Made by a program: the position numbers and the translations under genes. Of a DNA stretch of 64,000 nucleotides, positions 44,928 through 58,317 are shown piece by piece. Numbering within the stretch: the stretch's first letter is position 1; the number at the start of each line of letters is the position of its first letter. The notes beneath the pieces were generated by a model. The model did no database searches, was not told where the DNA came from, and was given only the letters and a program-made list of their open reading frames with translations. This DNA comes from the human T2T-CHM13v2.0 reference genome, Homo sapiens, in the NCBI RefSeq assembly GCF_009914755.1, contig NC_060947.1, one strand, 5' to 3'.

Positions 44928-45300
44928 ATGAGCAATCATACCTATAAGGCCAAGTCTTTATCCTCAAGGAGAAATCCACCTTTAGACACTCCAACTGAAT
45001 TTATGTAAAATACTTATGGCACCATTTCCTGTTGATATCTAGAAAAATGGTCTTACTTAATGCATGAAGACCCCGAAATGGAGTACCTTTAAAAACAGGT
45101 AGCCAGAATAGGGTAACTTTAAAATACCTAAATTTGTTTATCTGTGTGCTCAATGAGAAACAGACAGCTCCAAAGTAAACTAAAAGAACTTGAAGAGATA
45201 TTTTTCAATAGTACTTAGAAGCCTGTAAAAGAGGTTCTGATAAAGTCATTTCTTTGAAGGAAGAAAACAAAATATTGTCTAAAACTATTTTTTAAATTAA
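44928..45300 (+). pseudogene. gag (matrix) N-terminal remnant
   Basis: Manual translation MSNHTYKAK..PPLDTPTEFM*NTYGTISC*YLEKW...*PE*GNFKIPKFVYL...FQ*YLEACKR resembles gammaretrovirus-like ERV1 matrix (W-P-x-x-G-x-F motif). Confidence 0.6.
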
Positions 45301-45804
45301 AAAAGTAAACACTGAAGGCTTTCTCCCTGTCACCTCCAACTGCTCGTTTTCTTTAGCCTGGAGCTCTGAACTCATCCCTTTCTGCTTATTTCTTCAGTTC
45401 CCATACATCTTTTAGGCAGAGATTTTTGGAATTCCACTATGCACACATTTCCTTTACTCAAAAGGGGGACAATGTTTTTAAATTTGGAACAGTGGGAATA
45501 AACAGAACAACTACAGAATGAAAATGAACCTAAGATTATAAAAATACAGATCCAACAAATTATTTCTAAACCAGAAATGATGAACAACACTGATGATATA
45601 TTGATGGAACAGCAGATGAATCCTTTCAATGCCCTGGTTTATTTTGTGGTCCCTTGGAGATGTGAATCTTATGAAGTCTTTGAAATGGTAATATCCAGGG
45701 AATTAGCTAAGCAGCAGTTGAGATCAGATCTGAAACAAGTTAAAATTCTTTAAATACTCAAAGTGCCTGCTTTGGATCCCATACAGGATCTGCAAAAAGC
45801 ACTC

Positions 45805-45879
45805 TGTCCTGTGGTCTAGTGGTTAGGATTCTGAGCTTTCATCACTGTGAACTGTTTTCAGTCCCTCATTAGGGAATCA
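45805..45879 (+). pseudogene. Degenerate tRNA-Glu(TTC)-derived sequence
   Basis: GTGGTCTAGTGGTTAGGATTC matches the tRNA-Glu D-arm. Anticodon loop CTTTCAT (TTC at 45838-45840). Ends AGGGAA-TCA, CCA-like. T-arm degenerate. Confidence 0.8.
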
Positions 45880-47538
45880 GTCTCATTTGTCTTAAATTAT
45901 TTGTATGACTCCACACCTTTTAGGCACCTATTTGTTACTGAACCTTTTCCCTTCCATGGACAGCTTTCGATTTTCTGTCTTTTCATATGTGGGGCACATG
46001 GAGCTTTGGGGCCTTCATGTGTAAGTGCTCAGCTGAGAAGCTGATATCCTAGAAAATCTGGCCAGATAGAAATGTGGGTTGTATTCCATTTATGACTAGC
46101 AAGACTTTTCTTTCTTTGAGCTGTCTCTGGAGTAATTCTGGATCTTGTAAGGATTGCTTTACACGTCTTTGGAGATATCTAGTTAATTCTTGGTTAAGTT
46201 ATAAATTTGGTTAAGGCTCACTGGTTTTGGTGGGTCACTCCACCAAAGGATACCTTTGGCTTTAAAAAAAGAAAAGTGGAATAAAGTATTTATAAAAGGT
46301 AAGCCTTCAGATAAGGTAGGCTTACTTCTTTTTCAGAGCTATCTATGATGACACTAGGCATAAAAAAATTATTTGCCTGCTTCCATAATGAGCTCCACTC
46401 CGGACTCAATAATTTTAGATAAGAAATAGAAGCTAAGTTGGCAAGACCACCCACTGAAGACAATTAGTATAAAAAGTACATCTTTCTGGCATTTAGCTGG
46501 CTATTTTGAAATCCCTTTGTAAAAGAACTTTACAGGTATAAAGGAGATCTTCATTTGTAAGAACATCTCTCTTTCTGCATGATGAATATATTGGCTCTAA
46601 GTTTACATAACAAACCTTACCTTTGTTCAAGATACTTTCCTGCAATTTTGTCTTGACTCAGCCTGTACCTATTTCATTCTTTCTCTCAGCAAATAATGCT
46701 GTTTACATCTAAGTTATTTGCCTTTGGGATGTAAATTTTGCCTGAGTCATGTCTTTTGGAAGAGCAAATTTACTGTTGCCTGGCTAACAATTATTTAGGG
46801 CTTGATAGTCTGAAGGAATGAGAGAAACTATTTGAAAACCAGCAAAGGAAAAACTTTGTGAAGCTATAAAATCTGCTTCTGTCTGTGTGTCTCTATGTCT
46901 ATATGTTTATAGGCGACATTTCACTACCAAAACATGTGAAAGAGCTCTAAATAATTGGCTTAAAAAAAGTAAGTGCCTAAGTCAAATATTTTATCAGAAA
47001 AATAGAAACTAACTCCTCAAATGCCATTTAATTTGCATGACTTGTGTAAATCTTTGGTAAGAGTAGTTTAATATTTTCAACTTAACAAAAACAATAATTT
47101 ATTCTGTTATGAACAAAAAATGCATTCAACTTTATGATTTTTTGCTGCTATATTTGCTTAACATGCAGTAATATAAAAATGGTAAATAAAAAATTAACGA
47201 GGTGATGGCTAGCTTAGTTTAACGAACTATTCAATCATAAATATTAGGAACAAATTAAATGAGATATAAGTTTATAAATGAAGTTTTTACAGTTTCAAAA
47301 ATATTTTAGTAATTTGATATCTTGAATTATTGTTATGTTAAATGAAGTGATAGATAAATATTTGATGACTGAGACATTTCTAGGTAAGTTAAAATACTGA
47401 AACATTAATTATCAAATATAAGCTTAAGTTTATATAATTTGGCATATTATTTTTATATGGCATAGAAAAACTAAATATGCTTAAATTTGTTGATAAACAA
47501 AAAAATCGAGGAAACATTTTTTAAAAATTATGAAATGG

Positions 47539-47845
47539 GGCCATGCACAGAGTGTCATGCCTGTAATTCCAGCTCTTTGGTAGGCTGATTTGGGAAGATT
47601 ACTTGAGGACAGAAGTTTGAGACCAGCCTGGGAAACACAGCAAAACCTCATCGCTATCAAAAAATTTAAAAATTACTCAGATGTGATGATGCATGCCTGT
47701 AGTTTCAGTTACTTGGGACGTTGACATGAGAGAATCCCAGATCCCTTGAGCTCAGAAGTTAGAGGTTATAGTGAGCTATGATTGTGCCAATACACTCCAG
47801 CCTGAGTAACAGAGCAAAACCTTATCTCTTAAATAATAAATACAT
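47539..47845 (+). mobile_element. AluJ inside the ERV
   Basis: Diverged dimeric Alu; flanks ATTATGAAATG and ATTATAAAATA. Confidence 0.9.
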
Positions 47846-50347
47846 ATACCGATTATAAAATAGTATTCTTCTACAAATAGTGGTATAAAATGTTTTAAAA
47901 TTACTTACTTTCTAGGTTTTTCACAGAAACTTAGGGTTACTGAGTTAATATTATAATTAATATATGTAATTGATAGTACTAAATTGTACTAAGTACAATT
48001 CTAAATGCAAAATATATTTTTAAAATAACACTTTTTTGGAAAAAAGGTTATAAGAAAAACATAAATATGTGATTTTTATTAAAGAAAAGATGATTTTTTT
48101 TTCTGGTTTAAATGTTATTTGAAGTTTGTTTCAAAATGAAGTAAAATGATATGTAGAAAAAACTTTAATTGGATCTAAAAGTTGGGGAAAGAAAAAAATG
48201 AAAAAAATTGTAAGATATTACAAATGTTGCATAAAAATCTTCTAATATGTGTTCCAAGCAAATTGAGATTAGATGAATTTGATTTTAAGGTTTTATTAAT
48301 ATTAGCTTTTGTATTTTAAATACATGAATATAAAAGTAAAATTTGTGTTTTCGAACATGAATTTTGTGTAGTATTAATAAGAGATAGTAAAAGATTTGTT
48401 TCCCTTCTGAGTAAATTGCAGAAACAATAATAGAGGTGGGCAGAGACGGAGAGACATGTCCTTTTGGTCTCATTCTATCTTCTGAGGATCTTTTAATTGT
48501 TTGGGAAATTGAGTCTCTATCAGGTTAATGCCCTTTGCCTTTTGAAATCTTTGAATTATCATTTTAGCTAAATAAATGACATTTTACAGTGACCTGTGAT
48601 CCTAATTTTAATATTAAGTGTTTCCAATCTTTGATATTTGGCATACTCCCCCAAATCAAATTTTAAATTCTAAAATTAAGATTTTTTTTTACGTGAACTA
48701 ACTTAAATGTAACAAATAGGAATCCATGGAAGTCCAAGCAAGACATATTAGGATTATTTGGTATGTTAAAATTATGTGGGAAGAATTCATAAATAAGAAA
48801 TGGTGTTTAATTTAATTTAAGTTATATTTGTATAAATGTTATTAATATGTTTTTTAAAAATTGTATGATATTCCTAAATTCTGATATGTCTTCATGTATG
48901 TTGTCAGTCATAATTAGGATTATTAAGTTAAATTGTTATATGCCACAGAAATGACCAAATTTTCTTCTCAATTGCATCTTTAAGCATGGCTAATCTAAGT
49001 CTTTTGTCACACATAAACAATTATTGTTTGATTTTTTTCAAAAAATGGTTTTCAATTCTCTACAGTTCAAAATTTGCCTTTTCTTCAAGGAAATTCATAA
49101 AAAGAAAAAGGACATTGGCAAGTACTCTTAAATAAGGATTTCTGATAACTTTGGAGATTATACCTTTCATTGGACTAGATAAAACATTTCCAGGACTCTA
49201 ATTAAAAAGCAAATACCTTTATAAGGAATGCTAAGCCAACATTAAGCAGAATAAGAATTAAATGCATGGAATTGTTATAGAATTCAGTCATTTTTTATTA
49301 CTTTTTTGTTTGAAACATTGCTGATTTACTTCTTATTTTATTTTCCAGAATCAAGAAAACAATTCAATAAGAATCCATTTTCCTTGGTAACAGGACACAA
49401 TTGAAAACACTGGTTATTTAACCAAAGCTTCATCTGAAATGGCATATTTTACGGATATGACGAGACTGCTTTGAGGAATTTAAGTGGACCTTATAAAGTT
49501 GATAAAGAGCCCCTTAGAAAGACTGGCCTAGTACCTCATCTACTTGGTTCCCTTAGGAGCCTAGGAACCTCAAGATATTTGGGGACCTCAAGAAGAGAGA
49601 AATTCACTCAATTTATGCACATATTACAGGCATAGTCTAATGGTGAATCATTGGCTTGGTTTCCCCGTCTTAAAAGGCTTTTAGAAGTCGAATTTGAGAT
49701 TCTTTATGAAAACATTCCAGCAAAGTCAACTTAAAAGACCCTATATGACCATTCATTATTCTTGTTTATGCAAATAATCAGGCCAAGTAAAATACTAAAA
49801 CTTATTTTGCAAGTAAGTTGGTTTTGCTAAGATATATCTTTGGTAGAAATGGGGAACTGGGGAGAGAAAAATTATGTATCAGGGAAAATTATAACAAACG
49901 TATTATTACATTCCAGCTCTCATCATTATTTCTGAGTTTGTATTATTTTCCTACAATTTGGACTAAATCCCAAATTATTTTATGGCTACAACAGGTCTAT
50001 AAAGAAGGACTGGGTTTTAATTTTCTTCATGATGTTTTTAGTTGACTCCCCAGTGAAATAGGTTTTTTGTTCTGACACACGAATTCTCTTTTTAACTATA
50101 ATCCTTATGTACACTATATTTCTGCTATGTATCTCTCATTGTTTTACTTCTCCCAAGAAAATTAACCCATAATGCTTCCAAAGATTAGAGATGATTCAAT
50201 AATTAACAACAGCTGTATAAATCAGCAACTTGACTGAGGTTGCATTGTTGCCACCCTGTTCTGCCATCCTAGTTTGTCTTTTGACACTCATAAAATTCTT
50301 CAGTGAGATGTATCCTCCTCACTTTCATGGGACATGACTTCCATAGA

Positions 50348-50646
<299 letters not shown>

Positions 50647-50649
50647 AGA

Positions 50650-52436
50650 TTTTTTTTTTTTAATTGAACTTTTATTTTAAGTTCAGGAGTACTTGTGCAG
50701 GTTTGTTACATAGGTAAACTTGTATCATGGGGATCTGTTGTACAGATTATTTCATCACCCAGGTATTAAGCCTAGTACTTATGAGTTGTTTTTTTCTGAT
50801 CTTCTCCCTCCACCCACCCTCCACCCTCTGATAGACCCCACTGAGTGTTGTTCCCCTCTATGTGTCCCTGTGTTCTCATTGATTAGCTCCCACTTATAAG
50901 CGAGAACATGTGGTATTTGGTTTTCTATTCCTGTGGTAGGTCGCTTCAGATGATGGTCTTAATCTGCATCCATGTTGCTCCAAAGGATCCAATCTCATTC
51001 TTTTTTATGGCTGCATAGTATTTCATGGTGTATATGTACAACATTTCCTTTATCCAGTCTACTATTGATGGGCATTTAGGTTGATATTATTTCTTTGCTA
51101 TTGTGACTAGTAGTGCAATGAACATATAGGTGCATGTATTTTTATAATAGAATTATTTATATTTTAGGGGCATATATCCAATAATGAGACTGCTGGATCG
51201 AATAGTATTACTGTTTTTAGGTCTTTGAGGAATCACCACATTGTCTTCCACAATGGTTGAACTAATTTACACCCCCGCCAACAGTGTATAAGCATTCTTT
51301 TTCTCAACAACCCTGCCAGCATCTGTTACTTTTTGACGTTTTAATAATAGCCATTCTGACTGGTATGAGATGGTATCTCATCGAGGTTTTGATTTGCATT
51401 TCTCTAGTTATCACTGATGTTGAGCTTTCTTTTATATGATTTTTGGCCGCATTTATGTCCTCTTTTGAAAAGTGTTCATGTCCTTTGCCCACTTTTTAAC
51501 GGGGTTGTTTGTTTTTTTCTTGTAAATATGTTTAAGTTCTTTACAGATGCTGGATATTAAACCTCTTTCGGATGCATAATTTGCAAACATTTTCTTCTAT
51601 TTGGTATGTTATCTGTTCATTCTGTTGATAGTTTCTTTTGCTGTGAAGTAGCTCTTTAGTTTTATTGGATCCCATTTGTCAAGTTTTGCCCTTCTTGCAA
51701 TTGCTTTTTATGTCTTTGTCATGAAATCTTTGTCCATTCCTATGTCAAGAATGGTATTGCCTAGGTAGTCTTCCAGAGTTTTTATATTTTTGCATTTTAC
51801 ATTTAAGTTTTTAATCCGTTTTAGTTAATTTTTGTATATTGTGTAAAGAAGGGGTCCAGTTTCAATCTTCTGCATATGGCTAGCCAGTTATCTCAGCACC
51901 ATTTATTGAATAGGGAATCCTTTCCACATTGTTTGGTTTTGTCATGTTTGTCAAAGGTCAAATAGTTGTAGGTGCATGGCGTTATTTCTAGGTGCTCTAT
52001 TTTGTTCCATTTTTCTATGTGTGTGTTTTTGTACCAGAACCATGGAAGCTGTTTTGGTGACTGTAGCCCTGTAGGATAGTTTGAAGTCAGGTAACATGAT
52101 GCCTTCAGCTTTATTCTTTGTGCTTAGGATTGCCTTGGCTATTCATGCTCTTTTTGGTTTCCAGAGGAATTTTAAAATACTATTTTTTTTCTAATTTTGT
52201 GAAGAATGTCAATGGTAGTATAATAGGAATAGAATTGAATCTTTAAATTTTGGGGGGCAGTATGGTCCTTTTAACCATGAGCATCTAATCTTTTTCCATT
52301 TGTTTGTGTCATCCCCAAATCAAGAATGCAATCCCATTCACAACTATCAGAGAAAAATATAACACCTAGGAATACAGCTAACCAGGGAGGTGAATGATCT
52401 CTACAAAAAGAACTACAAAACACTGCTCAAAGAAAG
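50650..52436 (-). mobile_element. L1PA13-like, 5'-truncated with 5' inversion
   Basis: Antisense 3'UTR/ORF2 at 50650-52312, then a sense ORF2 segment at 52313-52436. Confidence 0.9.
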
Positions 52437-52525
52437 CGACATGGGATTTTGTCATAAATACACTACCTAAATACCTGATTCTTAGGCAATGTTTTCTCCA
52501 AAAGATTTTGAAAAAAAGTGGGATA

Positions 52526-53072
52526 TGTAAAAGAAAATGAAATTTCAGGTTCTTTTAAATGTATTATATAAAGGGCTTATAAATCCCTAAAGTCTGAGTT
52601 ACAGCATTTTTCTAATTCTGCTTCTTAAATTACAAATTAACTCCCTTTCTCATTGTTCTTGTTCTGTACATTACTAGGAGACCAAAGAGCAGTCCTCCAC
52701 CTTACAATCACTCATCTTTGTTACAGATTAACTGCCTATTTTATTTTCCTTTACCTAACTCAGACCAGATGGCATCCAAGGCCTATGATTGTTACATCAC
52801 TTCTTTAGTGTGAAATGTTAAATATACCTTTCCAAAAAAAAAAGCACCTCAATTATTCAGATTATTCTCATGAAGCATTAAGCCTTATATAGAAAGATGT
52901 TAGAATTCTGTTAAACTTCCATAAACTTTGTTTACATGTCATCCCAAACTTTTACACTTCAAAGCACTGACTTCCATTTTTTGAAATCTGTGCTTTGCTC
53001 ATCCTCAAACTTTGTACTTGAATAAATTCCAATTAAAATAGATTCTGACCTTTTGATTATTTTAGGTTCACA
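52526..53072 (+). mobile_element. 3' LTR of the same ERV1 provirus
   Basis: TGTAAAAGAAAATGAAATTTCAGG...AATAAA...TTATTTTAGGTTCACA, colinear with 43792-44384. Confidence 0.88.
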
Positions 53073-53779
53073 TTGAATGTGTATTTCCATTCTTAAATCT
53101 TGGAATGATAATGTGTCAGACTGTCTGTAGTTTTCAGGCCACAGGTTACTAATCACTCCTCCATATGTTTCCTTTAGTATTTACAACTATCTTACTGTGC
53201 ACTGTATTTTAATCTATAAGCTACCTAAATATATCTTCTGGCTAATGAGGGTAAACATTTCAAAATATGTAAGACAAGGAATAGAGAAATGAAGAGACAT
53301 ATTGAAGAGAAATGGAGTTTATTTGCTTTTTCACTGACATCTTTTTCTAAGGAATACAGATTTATGTACTTTGGCAATGATCACTCTTGACACTAAACAT
53401 ACTTATTTACTCTTTGAGCTGTTTCAGCAATGAAAAGATATGAGGACAGTGTTTGAGAAAGAAAGGTTCAGGTGTATATGTCCTTTATATTAGATGATAT
53501 TTTTGAAAATGGCTCTTTTGGTGTTATTCATTATTGTTCAGTAGGAATATAAACTTTTTTTTACAATTATACATAGTTTGACTTTTAAAATAAAAGTATG
53601 AATTTAATTTTGTGATAAAAACATAAGAAAACAAAAATGTAATTAATATGCTATAAGACAAATATATTACATTAATTATAAGAGAACAACATGCCGAAGG
53701 AAATGAGCAAAGAATAAGGACAGACAGATTCTCTGTGTATGTGTGTGAGTGTGTATATATATACACACAAAAAAATTCA

Positions 53780-55250
53780 CTAGAAATTTCTTAAGCTAAA
53801 ATTAATAAATATCCTAGAAAGTAGAACCAAAGACTAAGAAATGGGAATTAGAGAAAATAAACAAAAGACCAACGAGGTTAACTCAGGAGGTCTAACATTT
53901 GATTACTAAAAATTTATTCTAAAGACGAAATGAAAAAAATAGAGAGGACAACATTATCAAAGAAATAATATAAAAATATTCTTTTCAGAACAGAAAAGCG
54001 GAAGCATCTAGATAAATAATGAACATTGAGAACCTAACAAAATTAACAGAAAATTTCTCAGCAAACAAACAACATGATCATTAACAACCACATACACACA
54101 AAAAAATAGAACATTTTGTATACTAAGGAATAAAAAGCAGAATAACATAGGATTTCTCAAAGGCTGAATTAAATAGTAGAAATCATTAAAGAAATACCTT
54201 CATATTGTAGTACCTAAAATTTAAAATATCCAGTCCAACTGATGCTCATGTATAATGGTAAAATATAGATATTTTAAGATAGGTGAAGATTCACAAATTT
54301 TGCCTTCTATAGAAGCTTTTCTTAGAAGCTACTAAAGAAGCTGATCCAGCAACGTGGGGGAATAAATCAAGAAAGAGAAAGCGATGGAGTTTAGGAATGA
54401 GTTAAGTAGTGAAACATTAGAAGGTAACATCCCTGTAACAGGCCTAGAAATCAAATAGCTTAGATTGGAGAAAAAGGATAAAGGACTACAATAATGAGAT
54501 GTTGAGAATATAAAGGGATTTAAAAGAACGTTTGACATAATAAAACTCTATCAAAATAACTCACATGTATATCATAGTTTGATGGAGCATTTAAAAATAT
54601 AAATGTGCATTTGAAGAATTATGTAAGTGACCAAAAAAAAGCCATTATTAACTTCAGGATAAAGAAAGCTTGCATGAGAGAGAAAACTCAATCAGAATTT
54701 CAGTAGGCTCTGCAGTGAGCAATATTTACACAAATATAAAATCGTAATACTGAGTATTTTATTAAAACTTTTGCTATACCTGTATTTAGAGGATTAGATA
54801 TAAAAGTAAGCCATATTATAAAATAGTGAAATCCTATCCATCAAAAAAGGAAGACAACTGGCTGGGCGCGGTGGCTCATGCCTGTAATCCCAGCACTTTG
54901 GGAGGCCGAGGCGGGCGGATCACAAGGTCAGGAGAACAAGACCATCCTGGCTAACACGGTGAAACCCAGTCTCTACAAAAAATACAAAAACTTAGCTGGG
55001 TGTTGTGGTGGGTGACTGTGGTCCCCGCTACTTGGGAGGCTGAGGCAGGAGAATGGCGTGAACCCAGGAGGTGGAGCTTGCAGTGAGCCGAGATCACGCC
55101 ACTGCACTCCAGCCTGGGCGACAGAGTGAGACTCCATCTCAAAAAAAAAAAAAAAGAAGAAGAAAAGGAAGACAACTGATAATGGCTAAAACTTATATAT
55201 TAGGAAACATCCATATATACGTGTAAGTGAATTAAAAACAGCTAAATAAT
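53780..55250 (+). mobile_element. Ancient L1ME/HAL1-like ORF1-region fragment
   Basis: A-rich degenerate motifs CAGGAGGTCTAACAT, TTATCAAAGAAATAATA and AAAATATAGATATTTTAAGAT. Confidence 0.5.
54860..55162 (+). mobile_element. AluY
   Basis: CCATCCTGGCTAACACGG and AATGGCGTGAACCC. TSD AAAAGGAAGACAACT at 54845 and 55163. Confidence 0.95.
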
Positions 55251-55430
55251 GAAAGCATTTGTCTCTGTGGCTACATGAAACTTCTGTAACTTTGTAACTA
55301 GGATAGCAATTTGTTTCTTTGTTTTTTAGATAAATGTACAGTCACATACATAAGAAATAATACAGAAAAGTCTAGTGTGCCCTTTATACAGTTGTACCAA
55401 TGGTAACTTCCTTTAAAACTACAATACATA

Positions 55431-57216
55431 CTAGTTAGAATGGTGGTCATCAAAAAGTCTGGAAATAACAGATGCTGGTGAGGAATGGAGAAATAGGAAT
55501 GCTTTTACACTGCTGGTGGGAGTGTAAATTAGTTCAACCATTGCAGAAGACAATGCGGCAATTCCTCAAGGATCTAGAACCAGAAATACCACTTGACCCA
55601 GCAATCCCATTCCTGGGTATATACCCAAAGGATTATAAATCATCCTACTATAAAGACACATTCACACATATGTTTATTGCAGCACTATTTACAATAGCAA
55701 AGACTTGGAACCAACACAAATGCCCATCAGTGATAGACTAGATTGTTGTGGGAAATCAGGGACCCCAAATGGAGTGACCGGCTGAAGCCATGGCAGAAGA
55801 ACATAAATTGTGAAGATTTCATGGACATTTATTAGATCCCCAAATTAATACTTTTGTAATTTCTTATGCCTGTCTTTACTGCAATCTCTGAACATAAATT
55901 GTGAAGATTTCATGGACACTTATCACTTCCCCAATCAATACCCTTGTGATTTCCCATGCCTGTCTTTACTTTAATCTCTTAATCCCGTCATTTTCGTAAG
56001 CTGAGGAGGATGTTTGTTGCCTCGGGACCCTGTGATGATTGTGTTAACTGCACAAATTGTAGAGCATGTGTGTTTGAACAATATGAAATCTGGGCACCTT
56101 GAAAAAAGGGCAGGATAACAGCAATGTTCAGGGAACAAGAGAGATAACCTTAAACTCTGACCGCCGGTGAGCCGGGTGGAACAGAGCCATATTTCTGTTC
56201 TTTCAAAAGCAAATGGGAGAAATATCACTGAATTTTTCTCAGCAAGGAACATCCCTGAGAAAGAGAATGTGCCCCTGAGGGTAGGCCTCTAAAATGGCCC
56301 CCTTGGGTGTGGCCGTCTTCTATGGTCGAAACTGTAGGGATGAAATAAGCCCCAGTCTCCCATAGCACTCCCAGGCTTATTAGGACAAGGAAATTCCCGC
56401 CTAATAAATTTTGGTCAGACTGGTTGCTCTCAAACCGTGTCTCCTGATAAGATGTTATCAGTGACGGTGGTGCCAAAAATTTCATTAGCAATTTTAATTT
56501 TGCCCCAGTCCTGTGGTCCTGTGATCTCACCCTGCCTCCATTTGCCTTGTGATATTCTACTACCTTGTGAAGCACGTGATCTCTGTGACCCACACCCTAT
56601 TCGTACACTCCCTCCCCTTTTGAAAATCCCTAATAAAAACTTGCTGGTTTTGCGGCTTGTGGGGCATCACGGAACCTACCAACATGTGATGTCTCCCCCT
56701 GATGCCCAGCTTTAAAATTTCTCTCTTTTGTACTCTGTCCCTTTATTTCTCAACCCGGCCGACACTTAGGGAAAATAGAAAAGAACCTACGTGACTATCG
56801 GGGGCAGGTTCCCCAATACTAGATAAAGAAAATGTGGCACATATAAACCATAGAATACTATGCAGCCATAAAAAGGAATGAGTTCATGTCCTTGGCAGGG
56901 ACATGGATGAAACTAGAAACCATCATCCTTGGCAAACTAACACAGGAACAGAAAACCAAACACCGCATGTTCTAACTCATAAGTGGGAGCTGAACAATGA
57001 GAACACATGGACACAGGGAGGGGATCATCACATAATGGGGCCTGTCGTGTGGTGGTGGGAAAGGGGAGGGAGAGCATTAGGACAAATACCTAATGCATAC
57101 AGAGCTTAAAACCCAGATGACAGGTTGATAGGTGCAGCAAAGGCACATATGTATCTATGTAACAAACCAGCACGTTCTGCACATGTATCCCAGAACTTAA
57201 AGTAAAATTAAAAAAA
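55431..57216 (+). mobile_element. 5'-truncated L1PA8-like, interrupted by MER11
   Basis: ORF2 C-terminus ([11 protein letters not shown]), 3'UTR GGACAAATACCTAATGCA, poly(A). TSD AAAACTACAATA at 55415 and about 57218. Confidence 0.92.
55744..56818 (+). mobile_element. MER11 (MER11C-like, HERV-K11/HML-8) solo LTR
   Basis: TGTTGTGGGAAATCAGGGACCCC...GCAGGTTCCCCAATA, with an internal repeat GAACATAAATTGTGAAGATTTCATGGACA (two copies). 6-bp TSD CTAGAT at 55738-55743 and 56819-56824. Confidence 0.93.
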
Positions 57217-57811
57217 AAAAACTACAATATAACATTTTATTGATATTGATATAGTTGAGATGCAAACAGTTTAATCACCATGAAGATCTCCCCTGTTTCT
57301 GGTTTATTTCTCCTTCACCTCTTTATCCCCCACCCCAACCTGAGTGCCAGGTAACTACTAATATGCTTTCTATTTCTAAGATTTTCTCACTTCAAGAATA
57401 TTATATATACAAAATCATATAGTGTATAACCTTTGAGTATTTGCATTATTTACTCAGAATAATTGTCTGGAGATCCATTCAAGTTATTGCGTGTATTAAT
57501 CATTCATTTTATTTTTTCTTGCTGAGTAGTATTTCCTGGTATATATGTAGCATAGTTTATTTAACTATTCACTCATTGGAGAACATCTGGGTTGTTTCCA
57601 GATTTTGGCTATTATGAATAAAGCTGCCATGAATATAAGTGTGAATATAAGTTTTTATTTATCTGGGAAAAATGGCTAAATTATAATATCTGGGTCATTT
57701 GGTAATTGCATATTTATTTTTATAAGAAACTGCCAACTTTTTTTTTTTATTTATATGCATTACTTTGGTATATAAAAAAACATTTAAAAGGGCAAAAAGC
57801 CTCAACACAGT

Positions 57812-58317
57812 TATTTTTTTCTTTTTAATTTTTTTTTTATTATACTTCATGTTCTGAGATACATGTGCAGAACGTGCAAGTTTGTTACATAGGTATACAC
57901 GTGCCATGTTGGTTTGCTGCACCCAACAACCTGTCATCTACATTAGGTATTTCTCCTAATGCTATCCCTCCCCTATCCCCCTAACCCCTGACAATCCCCC
58001 CGTGTGTGATGTTCTGCTCCCTGTGTCCATGTGTTCTCATTGTTCAACTCCCACTTATGAGTGAGAACATGTGGTGTTTGGTTTTCTGTTCTTGTGTTAG
58101 TTTGCTGAGAATGAAGGTTTCCAGCTTCATCCATGTCCCTGCAAAGGACATGAACTCATCCTTTTTTATGGCAGCATAGTATTCCATGGTGTATATGTGC
58201 CACATTTTCTTTATCTAGTCTATCACTGATGGGCATTTGGGTTGGTTCCAAGTCTTTGCTATTGTGAACAGTGCTGCAATAAATATTCGTGTGCATGTGT
58301 CTTTATAGTAGAATGAT
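57812..58317 (-). mobile_element. 5'-truncated L1PA7-like 3' end
   Basis: TTATTATACTT...GATACATGTGCAGAACGTG...CATTAGGTATTTCTCCTAATGCTATCCCTCCCCTA. Confidence 0.93.

Larger units (their letters stand above)
55312..57739 (-). mobile_element. L1MC-type 3' end split by an L1PA8
   Basis: Segments 55312-55428 and 57217-57739 join across the TSD. Confidence 0.7.

Noticed and set aside
45805-45879. Functional tRNA gene
   Set aside because: Acceptor stem, T-arm and B-box are decayed; it is reported as a tRNA-derived sequence only.
55799-55972. Direct repeat suggesting a CRISPR-like array
   Set aside because: Normal internal duplication of MER11, only two units, and the DNA is eukaryotic.
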